From NCBI RefSeq assembly GCF_001194135.2, contig NC_069000.1, forward strand, positions 40,231,994 to 40,275,782: a stretch of DNA of 43,789 nucleotides. Reading direction: 5' to 3'. Each line of letters starts with the position of its first letter. Position 1 is the first letter of the stretch. The stretch comes from Octopus bimaculoides. Lineage: Eukaryota. The position numbers were made by a program, and so were the translations under genes. A model generated the notes under the pieces. That model was not told the DNA's origin, searched no databases, and saw only the letters and a program-made list of their open reading frames with translations. Shown one piece after another: positions 11,709 to 22,577 of the stretch.

Positions 11709-12124
11709 GAATACCCAAAAATGCGAAGGCGCACAGAGACAACGGAACATCTATTGTAAACGCAAAAGATTCAATAACAGGAACGTGAACAGAGAAACCT
11801 GTGTAAACACGAAAATAAATAAATGTCGCAAGATAACGCCAGACGACAGTAGGAAGCGCGAGCGCCACCTGTGACACGTCACAAATATCTGCTGTCTTCC
11901 ACCAGCTTGTGGTCTATCACGTGATATTGTTGTTAGAGTTCATTGAGTCGCCAGCGTGATTTGTCGAAGGACGCAGCTCTGACGTGTCCAGCAATATATT
12001 AGATGTTTGGTTGTTGTTTGGACATAAAAGTGATTGATATGCTGATATTTAGAAGGACATTTGACAAAAGGAGCGGGCGGGGAGACGAAAATAACATATA
12101 GAAATAAATAAGTGAAACTATATA

Positions 12125-12180
<56 letters not shown>

Positions 12181-12187
<7 letters not shown>

Positions 12188-12575
12188 GTAAGTAGCTTGC
12201 TTACCAACCACATAGTTCTGGGTTCAGTCCCACTGCGTGGCACCTTGGGCAAGTGTCTTCTACTATAGCCTCGGGCCGACCAAAGCCTTGTGAGTGGGTT
12301 TGGTAGACGGAAACTGAAAGAAGCCCGTCGTATATATGTATGTATATGTATGTGTGCGTATATGTTTGTGTATCTGTGTTTGTCTCCCCAACATCGCTTG
12401 ACAACCGATGCTGGTGTGTTTATGTCCCCGTAAATTAGCGGTTCGGCCAAAGATACCGATAGACTAAGTACTAGGCTTATAAAGAATAAGTCCTGGAGTC
12501 GATTTGCTCGACTAAAGGTGGTGCTCCAGCATGGCCGCAGTCAAATGACTGAAACAAGTAAAAGAGTAAAAAAGA

Positions 12576-12577
<2 letters not shown>
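12181..12577 (+). mobile_element. SINE family A, best-preserved near full-length copy
   Basis: A-box remnant gtgtggtaag, B box GGTTCAGTCC, CORE-like caccttgggcaagtgtctt, internal TATG/TG microsatellite (about 12331-12370), twin hairpins, and tail ending (GTAAAAGA)n. Confidence 0.95.
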
Positions 12578-12618
<41 letters not shown>

Positions 12619-12636
12619 TAAAGGCGCAGTTCATGA

Positions 12637-13012
12637 CACTCCGTCGGTTACGACGTCGAGGGTTCCAGTTGATCCGATCAACGGAACAGCCTGCTCGTGA
12701 AATTAACGTGCAAGCGGCTGAGCACTCCACAGACACGTGTATTCCTGATGTAATTATCACGGAGATTCAGCGTGACACAGAGTGTGACAAGGCTGGCCCT
12801 TTGAAATACAGGTACGACAGAAACAGGAAGAGAGAGTGAGAGAAAGTCGTGGTGAAAGAATACAGAAGGGTTCACCACCACCTCCTGCCGGAGCCACATG
12901 GAACTTTAGGCGTTTTCGCTCAATAAACACTCATAACGCCCGGTCTGGGAATCGAAACCGCTGTCCTACGACCGCGTGTCCGCTGCCCTAACCACTGGGC
13001 CATTGCGCCTCC
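12637..13012 (-). mobile_element. SINE family B, full length (tRNA-Arg-like head)
   Basis: The rc starts GGAGGCGCAATGGCCCAGTGGTTAGGGCAGCGGAC..., B box GTTTCGATTCC. Collinear with 16859-17209 and 19238-19571. Confidence 0.95.
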
Positions 13013-13058
13013 ACTGGAGAGTGAGTAGATTATGTCGAACCGCAGTGTTTCACTGAAA

Positions 13059-13330
13059 CTTTAATTTATCGATCTTGGAAGGACGAACGGTGAAGTCAAC
13101 CTCAACAGTGAGCCGGAGTAAATACCGCAAAACATTTTGTCCGACGCTCTAACGATTCAACCACTCGACGGCCGAATAATTGTTTCAAACTAAGGCACAA
13201 GGCCAGTAATTTTGAGAGGTGGTGGTCACTAGATACCATCGACCCTGATACATGACTGGTGCTCTCAGCTATGACCTCGGAAGGATGAAAAGTGAAGTTA
13301 TCCTTGGCGATAAATGAAATCAGAATAGAA
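13059..13330 (-). mobile_element. Two decayed SINE family D copies
   Basis: tttatcgatcttggaaggacgaacggtgaagtcaacctc...ctaacgattc (13059-13173) and ggcacaaggcc...catcgaccc...ggaaggatgaaaag (about 13180-13330). Confidence 0.7.
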
Positions 13331-13382
13331 TGTCCACCATATTCACTCGTACGGCATTGGTACATCATGAAGTACTGCACGA

Positions 13383-13449
13383 TGGGACTGAACTTGAAAC
13401 AACATGGTCGCGAAGCAAGCTTCTTACCCATACAGCCATGCTTGCACCC
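13383..13449 (-). mobile_element. SINE family A head fragment
   Basis: tgggactgaac...aagcaagcttcttaccca..cagccatgc. Confidence 0.75.
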
Positions 13450-13737
13450 CTCAAACTGAACATCGAATAGCGCACACAAACGCATACTATATCACATACA
13501 TACACAAATGTGCACAATATTACACATACAAACGCACGTGATCTCGCTACACATACTCATAAACGTTCGTACTTGTCGCAATCAATAGCGTATGTATATT
13601 AGGAACAGGTCGGTGAAATTACACATGAAATATCTATACAGAAATGATTGATTTAAAAAAAAATTTCTTGTTGTTTCTAGTCAAACTGGTGCAGTCGATT
13701 GCATCATACTCTAGCATACCTTTTATACAATCAATCA

Positions 13738-13768
13738 CCCTGCTAAAAATAGCAGCCAAATCTCCCTT
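13738..13768 (+). repeat. Short dispersed repeat (CCTGCTAGAAATAGCAGCCAAATCTCCCT), copy 1 of 3
   Basis: Matches the rc of 14496-14540 and also 40433-40462. Confidence 0.7.
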
Positions 13769-13904
13769 ATAACCTCTTAAAATATTATTCCGTATATTTT
13801 CGTTCAGAGATGTCTAGCAAAAATATATTTGAACGAAAATACACGTTGACTGTACTCTGAGGCGCCTGTCACTTATTTCTAACCTGAAATACTGCGTTCG
13901 TGAT

Positions 13905-14179
13905 CAGTGGCGGCTCGTAGATAAAAAATTAGTGGGGGGTGCTGTTTCAGAAAAGTTTTAGCTGTTGTTAGAATATTGTGTAAAAGGAAACAAACATTAA
14001 AAGAAAATTTATACAAAAACTTGATCGGTTCGCGTTTTAGCCACTGCCCAGTTGTGTGTTTAATTTGTTCACCGAATATCACCGCGAATTCCCCTTTGTT
14101 TTTCAAAAAATCCCTCCTAAATCACAAAATAGTGGTGGTGGGGATGTGCCTTATTTTTCCAATCCTGGCCGTAACACTG
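13905..14179. mobile_element. Possible decayed hAT-like non-autonomous element
   Basis: Both ends read CAGTG..CGGC (CAGTGGCGGCTCG and rc CAGTGTTACGGCC). No 8-bp TSD recovered. Confidence 0.3.
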
Positions 14180-14227
14180 AAGCTGGAAGCAGGATAATAA
14201 TCTAACTCTACTCTTTATCACGATTTA

Positions 14228-14336
14228 TCTACAATTTTTGTTTGTCGTGTTTGAAAATGTTGAAGAAATTTTACCTCCTTTTAGACATATGACAAATGGA
14301 GTACCAAGTACAGAAAAAACGAACGAATTTATCTGA
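14228..14336 (+). repeat. Unclassified dispersed repeat, copy 1 of 2
   Basis: tctacaatttttgtttgtcgtgtttgaaa...tttagaca.atgac...atttatctga aligns with 38267-38375. Confidence 0.75.
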
Positions 14337-14495
14337 TAAACCAATTCTGTATGTAGTTGTTGTTTATCATCCTCATCTTGTAAAGATTTATGAATAAAAA
14401 CATCCCAACCACGACCATTACAACTAATTTTCTTCTTCAAGCAATGTGTAAATTATACAACGGATCCTTTGATTTTGATTGAGAATATGATCCTT

Positions 14496-14540
14496 TAGGG
14501 TGTAATTTGAGGAAGATTTGGCTGTTGTTTCTAACAGGTT
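14496..14540 (-). repeat. Short dispersed repeat, copy 2 of 3
   Basis: rc aacctgttagaaacaacagccaaatcttcctcaaattacacccta. Confidence 0.7.
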
Positions 14541-15338
14541 AAGTAATCATGCAATGGCTGTCATGCCATTTTGAGAAAGACGTATCGTTTCTACTTAAAT
14601 GACCTTATGTGTGAACATAATTGTTCAGTTAATAACACCGTGTCTATGCAACGTTGATGCGTTCACGTTTGTGTTTCTGTCTGCGCGCTTATCAGTCAAA
14701 GTGTATATATACGCGAATATGTATACGGGTTACACTTATTCTCAATTTAACTCCAATTCCTGAATAACATATTTCACTAGATGACCACCTTTATTCATTC
14801 TTTTATTCAATGGTTTCCTTCAATTATCTTTTTCTTCTTTTTTTTTTATTCAGTAGTATTTAAAATAACCAATTAGTTAATTACACAGTTTTCCAGTTAT
14901 TTCCGCTCAAAAGACTAAGACAAACTGTTAACCCCTCATTCTCATATATCATTGGTTTCTTGCTGTGTTTCGTGGAAATTTGCAGTAACTTTTGTATCTC
15001 ACGGGGTGACGAGGCCTCACGAAAACCAAGTCAAGTCAAAGAAGTTTGCATGATGACCATTTAAGTGATCCCGCATCACAAGAGAGGAGAAACAGAGATG
15101 TTTAGCGGAGAAAAGTGTGGAGACAGAGAGAGGTTTAGTGGCACATTGAGGGTCAGCTACTCTGATGATGAGAATCAATAATGAAGCCTGTATGTGGACA
15201 CCTGATCTGCTATAAATAATAGCAGTCTCAAAATTCTCCGTCAAATAACACTATCGTCGGAAAACTAAAATAAAAAAACAAAAAAACAAAAACGAACACG
15301 TTGAGAAAATATACCTAGGTATGTCATGTCTTTAGAGG

Positions 15339-15713
15339 GATGGCCATGGATGGATCAACAACCACAATCATTTGCATTACGGGTTCAGTTCCACTGTGCG
15401 GCACCTCGGGCGAGTGTCTACTCTTATAGGTCTGGGGCGAGTGGATTTGCTAGACAGAAACTGTGTAAAGCCCGTCTTATGTGTGAGTGTGACTGTTTTT
15501 GCATATGTGTCACTCCTCGCCACTACGCCACGGCTGCACAACCGGTGTTGGTTTGTGCACGTGCCCGTAACTTATAGGCTCGGTAAGAGACCGATACATT
15601 AAGTACCAATCTTAAATACATGTATATTTGTATTGAGGTAGATCTGTTCTACTGAAAGCCTTCAAGGTTGTGCCCCAGTATGGCCGCATCTCAATGACTG
15701 AAATAAGCAAAAG
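15339..15713 (+). mobile_element. SINE family A, old diverged full-length copy
   Basis: gggttcagttccactg...gcccgtc...caaccggtgttggtttg...gtgccccagtatggccgca...tgactgaaataag. Confidence 0.85.
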
Positions 15714-16014
15714 CTGAAAGATAGATACTACAGCTAAGGATGAAAAAAAAACAACATATTTATTAACTTAAAATGAAATTAAATAACAAATAAATCAATG
15801 ACGTGCATTTTCATTAAAGAAGGATCCATTTTTCAGAAGAGAAGGAGGTGGGATTTGAAACCAGAAAACGGAACCAAAGCAAAGACTACAAAACACCTTG
15901 TCCGGTTGACTAACTAACATTCCTCTGATCCCACACCCTTGGACTGATACTTCATTTATCGATTCAGAAATGAGAACAGGTAAAATTAACCTACGATTTA
16001 TATAAATATATGTA

Positions 16015-16079
16015 CTCTTTTACTTGTTTCAGTCATTTGACTGCGGCCATGCTGCAGCACTACCTTTAGTGGGTGGGCA

Positions 16080-16121
<42 letters not shown>

Positions 16122-16276
16122 CGATGGGCTTCTTTCAGTTTCCATCTACCAAATCCACTCACAAAGCTTTGGTCGGCCCAAGGCTGTAGTAGAAGACACT
16201 TTGCCCAAGGTGCCACGCAGTGGGACTGAACCCGGAACCATGTGGTTGGTAAGCACGCTACTTACCACAGAGCAGC
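16015..16276 (-). mobile_element. SINE family A with internal deletion of the twin-hairpin segment
   Basis: The tail (ctttag) joins directly to tgggtgggcagaca(TA)n. The head is well preserved. Confidence 0.9.
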
Positions 16277-16740
16277 AATTCCTGCGGAAAGTGTTAATAA
16301 CAACGATCACGATGACAATAGCGACGGAGAAGATGAAGATGAAGATGACAATGAGGACGATGACGACGACGACGATGATGATGATGACAACGATGACGTC
16401 TATCACAAAGTAACTTGTAGATAATGCTAAGCTAACTACCACCCACATAGACATTATATTGTGTATTGACATAACGTAGTCAACAAGCAGCTGTGACAAT
16501 ATATCTATTGAATATCATAGACAGTGTAGGCGATGGTGGTGGTGGTGGCGGTGGTGGCGGGGGATGATCGTGGTGGAGGGGAGTGGATTATTAATTAAAT
16601 GGGAGAGTTCACATGGGAAGAGTCCAAGTGTGCATTAAGCCACGCTCTCTCCCTGTAAGTATCCAGCTGATCGTGTATTGGCTTTGTCATCAATCATTCA
16701 AAGAACTCGAACATTTCACCACCTTGCTCCACATATTTGT

Positions 16741-16790
<50 letters not shown>

Positions 16791-16858
16791 TAACTTGCTC
16801 AATGCCTGCCATTCTTTTGCTTCCATTCTTCAGTAAATCTGTATGTGTGTGTATATGT

Positions 16859-17209
16859 GGAGGCGCAATGGCCCAGTGGTTAGGGCAGCGGACTCGTGGT
16901 CATTGGATCGCGGTTTCGTCGTGAGTGTTTATTGAGCGAAAACACCTAAAGTTTTACGAGGCTCCGGCAGGGGATGGTGGCGAACCCTGCTGTACTCTTC
17001 CACCACAACTTTCTCTCACTCTTACTTCCTGTTTCTGCTGTGCCTGTAATTCAAAGGGTCAGCCTTGTCACACTCTGTGTCACGCCGAAAATCCCCGAGA
17101 ACTACGTTAAGGGTACACGTGTCTGTGGAATGCTCAGCCACTTGCACGTTAATTTCACGAGCAGGCTGTTCCGTTGATCGGAGCAACCGGAACCCTCGTC
17201 GTCGTAACC
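16859..17209 (+). mobile_element. SINE family B with a small deletion removing most of the B box
   Basis: gtttcg joins tcgtgagtg, lacking ATTCCCAGACCGGGCG relative to the other copies. Confidence 0.95.
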
Positions 17210-17570
17210 CATATTATACATACGCGTATAGAGTAAAATGTAGAAGAAATTGCAGTTTTTATTGCAAAATAAAAGCAAACAAGCAGATGATTAGAGAGTT
17301 ATAATTATTATGATAACTTCATTAAGTCAGTCACACTACAAACCACATATTTATAACAAAACACACAAGTGTTTCAGTTCTCAAATTGCAATTAAGAATA
17401 TCCTCTTAATTACTCTAATTACAAGTCATCAGTGCGTACACATTCCTTACGTATCAAGCTCACTTTGGGACGAATTCCTCTTTTGACAACAATTTCTTGG
17501 TGAGATTTTTTTTATCAATCGAACAATTAACAGTGCGTGGATTTCTCGAAGATATATTATTTTTGAAAAC

Positions 17571-17764
17571 AAAGCAGTGAGTTTGTAGAACCGTTACCAC
17601 ACTGGACAAAATGCTTAGCAGTATTTCTTCCGACTCTTTACGTCCTCAGCTTAAATTTCACAGAAATCTATGTTGTTTTTCATCCTGCCTCCGGGTCGAT
17701 AAAATGACTGCCCCTTGAGCACTGGCGTCGATTAAAAGTTGCTAGCCCAGTACCAAAATTAGGA
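17571..17764 (+). mobile_element. SINE family D, diverged
   Basis: gaaccgttaccacactggacaaaatgcttagc...ttcatcc...gggtcgataaaat...gagcactggcgtcgat. Confidence 0.75.
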
Positions 17765-17782
17765 AGAATATTGATTCCAAAG

Positions 17783-17936
17783 TTTGGCACATGGCCAGCA
17801 ATCTCGGAGGTGGGGATAAGTCGATTACAACGATCCTAGTGGTCAACTAATACGTTTTTTATCGACCCCCGAAAGGATGAAAGGCAAAGTCGACCTCGGC
17901 GGAATTTGAACTCCGAGCCTAAAGAAGACGAAATAC
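17783..17936 (-). mobile_element. SINE family D (tail-to-tail with previous copy)
   Basis: ataagtcgattacaacgatcc...atcgacccccgaaaggatgaaaggcaaagtcgacctcggcggaatttgaactc. Confidence 0.9.
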
Positions 17937-17995
17937 ATACATACATACACTCTCACTATTATTAGCATCAAGAAATACAGATATCATCCACACAA

Positions 17996-18299
17996 GGGTG
18001 CGTGGCTTAATGGTTAGGAATATTAGGCTCACAATCATAAGGTCGGGATTTCAATTCCCGGCGGCGCGTTGTGACTTTATTTCTCGTTGATCCATCCAGT
18101 TCACTCAGCTGGCAAAAATAAGTTGTATCTGTACCTAAAAGGGCCAGCCTTGTCACATTGTGTCACGCTAAGTCTCCCTGAAAACTATGTCAAGAGTATG
18201 CATGTTTGCAGTGCTCAGAAAATGCACGTTAATCTCGTGAGCAGCCTGTTCCGTCGGTCGGATTAACAGGAATTCTCATCGTTGTATCCGATGGAGTGA
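17996..18299 (+). mobile_element. SINE family C, diverged (different head/CORE-like 5' part, family B 3' module)
   Basis: gcgtggcttaatggttagg...caattcccggcg...cactcagctggcaaaaat, then gggccagccttgtcaca...gagcagcctgttccg...cgatggagtg. Confidence 0.85.
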
Positions 18300-19237
18300 C
18301 GAGAGCGTTAAATAGCTACATATACACATTCCGAGGAAAAAGAAAACAAACACACACACTTATATAGGTCAATACATGGCGAATACAGAAATATATACAG
18401 ATATCCTGCTATACGAACACATAAGACACATACACATGAATAAACGAACGCATACACAACAAAATACAGGTGCACAAATAAAACAAACGCACAGATGCAG
18501 CAATACGAATATGTAGAGTAGCCTCGAAAATATTACAGCACACACATTTCAGAAGACATCCATCCACACAAACACATAAAAGTCTCCCCCTGTCTCTAGG
18601 TATTTCGGTTAGAAGCAATCTGTCATCCTCACCTGCTACTCAACAACACTCCCCACATCTGCACTAGTAACCTCCAACCCAACGAATCCCCCCGCTATCT
18701 CTCTTGAAAGGCAGCAAATAAACCCCCTAAAGGGATCTGCTCTATTTACAAAGGCGCAGAACCATACGCACGGACGCCACAGACAAAACTTGACATGAGT
18801 ATTAGTTAGATAAGCAACAATTCACACACACAAGATGTACACCGTGTTATACATATAAGACCACATAAGGATTTACACTTCGAAAACACACAAATAAATA
18901 AATAGATATAGATAGATAGATAGATAGATAGATAGAGGGGCACTATATAGATTTAAAGGGATTAAGAAAACACTGTTAAATGTGTAATAGCAGCATATAA
19001 AGAGAGTAGTGGGTAGAGGGACAAAGGAACCTCCTGATGAGTATATAACAATAATATGAAGATACGTGGTGAAAAGGTTGCTTTTCATATACATACATAC
19101 ATACATACACACACTCATATATATATATATAAATATATATATACACACACAAGAGTTAAGGAATGGAGTAGATAAGATCCAGGCTACATATGTTTCATAG
19201 CGAGCGGAACTCGGAAGTGGTAAATATCCAAACGAGG

Positions 19238-19571
19238 TGTTGTTGGCACTCCGTCGCTTACGACGTCGAGGGTTCCAGTTGATCTGTGGCTGAGCACTCC
19301 ACAGACACGTGTACCCTTAACGTAGTTCTCGGGGATATTCAGCGTGGCAAGGCTGACCCTTTGAATTACAGGCACAACAGAAACAGGAAGTAAGAGTGAG
19401 AGAAAGTTGTGGTGAAAGAGTACAGCAGGGTTCGCCACCATCCCCTGCCGGAGCCTCGTGGAGCTTTAGGTGTTTTCGCTCAATAAACACTCACAAAACC
19501 CGGTCTGGGAATCGAAACCGCGATCCTATGATCGCGAGTCCGCTGCCCTAACCACTGGGCCATTGCGCCTC
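19238..19571 (-). mobile_element. SINE family B with two internal deletions
   Basis: Collinear with 12637-13012, lacking the cgatcaacggaacagcc...gcaa and acacagagtgtga segments. Confidence 0.95.
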
Positions 19572-19803
19572 AACCCAAATGAGGTGTATATCGCAGGCTA
19601 CTCGTCAGGCCAAGCAAGGATATCTTGATTAAGTGAAAGTTCACATTGTCACAAGAAGGTACGTGTTAACAGCACAAGGAAGATCCGATCAAAATGTATG
19701 AAAGTTGAATGTCCCTGATAGTCGTTTTTTTTTTACATTTACTACGCACTGCCTTAAGATAACTTTCTTCCTACACCTCGATCCTTGCATCTTTCTCTCA
19801 CAC

Positions 19804-20160
19804 GTGGCTGAGTGTTAAGAGTTTTGCTTCCGAACCACATGGTTCTAGGTTCAGTCCCACTGCGTGGTATCTTGGGCTAGTGTCTTCTACTATAGCCTCT
19901 AACAGACCAAAGCCTTGTGACTGGATCGGAAAGACAGAAACTGAAAGAAGCCCGTCCTACACTCAACCACAAATATGTATGTATGTATGTATGTATCTGT
20001 GGTCTGTGTATCGTTGCGTTGGTGTTTGTCTCTCACTACCGCTTGACAACTGGTGCTGGTTTGTTTACGTCCATGTAACTCAGTAGTTCGGTAAAAGTGA
20101 CTCATAGCATAAGTACTAGATTCGAAAAAGTAAGTACTGGTGTAGATTAGCTCAACTTAA
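19804..20160 (+). mobile_element. SINE family A lacking the terminal tail
   Basis: Head tggctgagtg...ggttcagtcccactgcgtgg, internal (TATG)n, and middle to aagtactgg. Confidence 0.9.
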
Positions 20161-21198
20161 AAAACATGAAATTCTAAGGGAAGATGCTTTAAAACTTAAG
20201 TGTTTACGTTTATTGGACAAGGTCGACAGTATTCGATAGTAAAAAAAAAAATATTTGTAAAAACACTAAATTAAAAAAGAACAAAAACTCACTTCCTCGG
20301 TGTTGATTCCTAAGGTATGTTACAGATGTCAAGTTATAAAGTGGTGGGGGAAACTATTTTACTAGTAAACATCACGAGTCTTGCCTAAGGCTTGCAATAG
20401 TATGAAAGGGACAGAATTATACACCCTGTGACCTGGAGTTCTGGCAGCCTAAGCCTCCACTATTATACAAGTTTCTTTTTCACAAACCCACACACACAAT
20501 TTCTATTTACCTCTCTCTCACCCATACACCACACACACATACACACGCACAAACAAACAACCAGCGCAAACAACACAAAATAAAAGACCGCAGATGTTTA
20601 CATAAGAAAGGAAATATTGTATAATGGTATTTAAACTATGGAAATTCATAAGATACCAATGAATGAATATGCATAAGTAAATTATTCACCAGTCTACTCT
20701 AAAAGCTTCTCATTACAGACACGTAACACCAGAAGTACACACACTGTATGAATGTACGCATGTATAATCGTATATACGTGTGTATGTATGTATGTACGTA
20801 TGGAGTGTGGATTTAATTTCTGGACCGGATAGCGAGGAGATTAGAGACAACTATGAATATAAAAAAGAAGAAAAAGAGAAAATCAGAGACGGTACAAGAG
20901 AGGGAGAGAGAGAGAGAGAGCAGCGACCAAAGTGTAAAATGGAACTGAAGCATAAAAGGAACGACAAAAAAAAAAAACAGTTGAAGAAAGAAGAAATGGG
21001 GCAATGAATGAATGAATAAGACTTGGTAATGAGAGCCGAGACTAAAGAAATCCAAGAATTAAGAATCTAAAATGCAAAGCAACTACAAGACTAGAAGATG
21101 AACTGAAGAAGAAAGACAAAGAAGTCTCGGTGATTTCAGACAAAAAAACTACAGATGAAGAACAAAAAGATGCGGAGCGAGGAAACGACAGAATGAAG

Positions 21199-21316
21199 TT
21201 TTGGTCGACACGAGGCTATAGTAGAAGACATTTGCCCAAAGTGCCTCGTAGTGGGACTGAACCCAGAACCATGTGGTTGGGAAGCAAGCTTCTTATCACA
21301 CAGCCACGCCCGCGCC
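21199..21316 (-). mobile_element. SINE family A head half
   Basis: gaggctatagtagaagac...tgggactgaacccagaaccatgtggttgggaagcaagcttctt..cacagccacgcc. Confidence 0.9.
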
Positions 21317-21639
21317 TATAGCATACATGTATATAAATCGGCCAGTTATTCATAAGTCCCCCCAAAAAGGGACGTTCTGAAATATTCTTTTGAGGAGTAA
21401 TATTTTATGTAGTGGTTATCTATGGCCGGTCAGAAAGGTTTCACGCCTATAACTGCTTAACATCATAGGCGACTCGTCAGATATGCTGGCTGGTGCACAA
21501 CCTAGCTGACCAAGACTGTATTCATACTTCTATTAGTAAACAGGTAACATGCCTCTGGCCAACGGGTCTCATGATTTGCCAATATTGTTAAAACTAAGAC
21601 CTAAAACCAACGGTAACTTTCTGAGCAGCCATAACCAAA

Positions 21640-21811
21640 GGCTACATTGAAACGCTTAGTTTTAGAACGGTGGCAGCTGATGAAGGAAATGTTCTCTAAT
21701 TGGCCTGTGTGTTTTCTGTGCTCTGTTTATGTTCTGTTTCTCATTTTGTCCACGTTTTTTTTGTGACGTCCTGTACTCAGATATGCATCTATACATACAT
21801 GTAGATGTAGG
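21640..21811 (+). mobile_element. Dispersed repeat with hammerhead-like half-motifs, copy 1 of 2
   Basis: GAAACGCTTA (21649-58), CTGATGAAG (21677-85), a T-rich body and gtgacgtcctgtac..atatgca..tgtagg. Homologous to 33880-34076. Confidence 0.65.
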
Positions 21812-22577
21812 TATGTACATACATGTACGTATATATGCGAATACTCACATATTATTTGTATTATATATATATATATATATATNNNNNNNNNNNNNNNNNN
21901 NNNNNNNNNNNNNNNNNNNNNNNNNNNNNNNNNNNNNNNNNNNNNNNNNNNNNNNNNNNNNNNNNNNNNNNNNNNNNNNNNNNNNNNNNNNNNNNNNNNN
22001 NNNNNNNNNNNNNNNNNNNNNNNNNNNNNNNNNNNNNNNNNNNNNNNNNNNNNNNNNNNNNNNNNNNNNNNNNNNNNNNNNNNNNNNNNNNNNNNNNNNN
22101 NNNNNNNNNNNNNNNNNNNNNNNNNNNNNNNNNNNNNNNNNNNNNNNNNNNNNNNNNNNNNNNNNNNNNNNNNNNNNNNNNNNNNNNNNNNNNNNNNNNN
22201 NNNNNNNNNNNNNNNNNNNNNNNNNNNNNNNNNNNNNNNNNNNNNNNNNNNNNNNNNNNNNNNNNNNNNNNNNNNNNNNNNNNNNNNNNNNNNNNNNNNN
22301 NNNNNNNNNNNNNNNNNNNNNNNNNNNNNNNNNNNNNNNNNNNNNNNNNNNNNNNNNNNNNNNNNNNNNNNNNNNNNNNNNNNNNNNNNNNNNNNNNNNN
22401 NNNNNNNNNNNNNNNNNNNNNNNNNNNNNNNNNNNNNNNNNNNNNNNNNNNNNNNNNNNNNNNNNNNNNNNNNNNNNNNNNNNNNNNNNNNNNNNNNNNN
22501 NNNNNNNNNNNNNNNNNNNNNNNNNNNNNNNNNNNNNNNNNNNNNNNNNNNNGCTAGTGTGGGTATGTGTATAAAAT

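Noticed and set aside
12181-12240. tRNA genes at SINE heads (also 12940-13012, 16859-16920, 36040-36103, 38108-38174)
   Set aside because: A and B boxes are present, but there is no complete cloverleaf or acceptor stem and each continues into a SINE body.
16290-16400. Poly-Asp/Glu acidic stretch in ORF 16242-16424
   Set aside because: (GAT/GAC)n microsatellite directly following a SINE head. The ORF starts inside the SINE.
18590-18635. Minus-strand hammerhead-like string GTGAGGA-TGACAG...CTAACC-GAAATACC
   Set aside because: C3 is missing, stem II is mostly unpaired and there is no stem I. Too degenerate to call without a family consensus.
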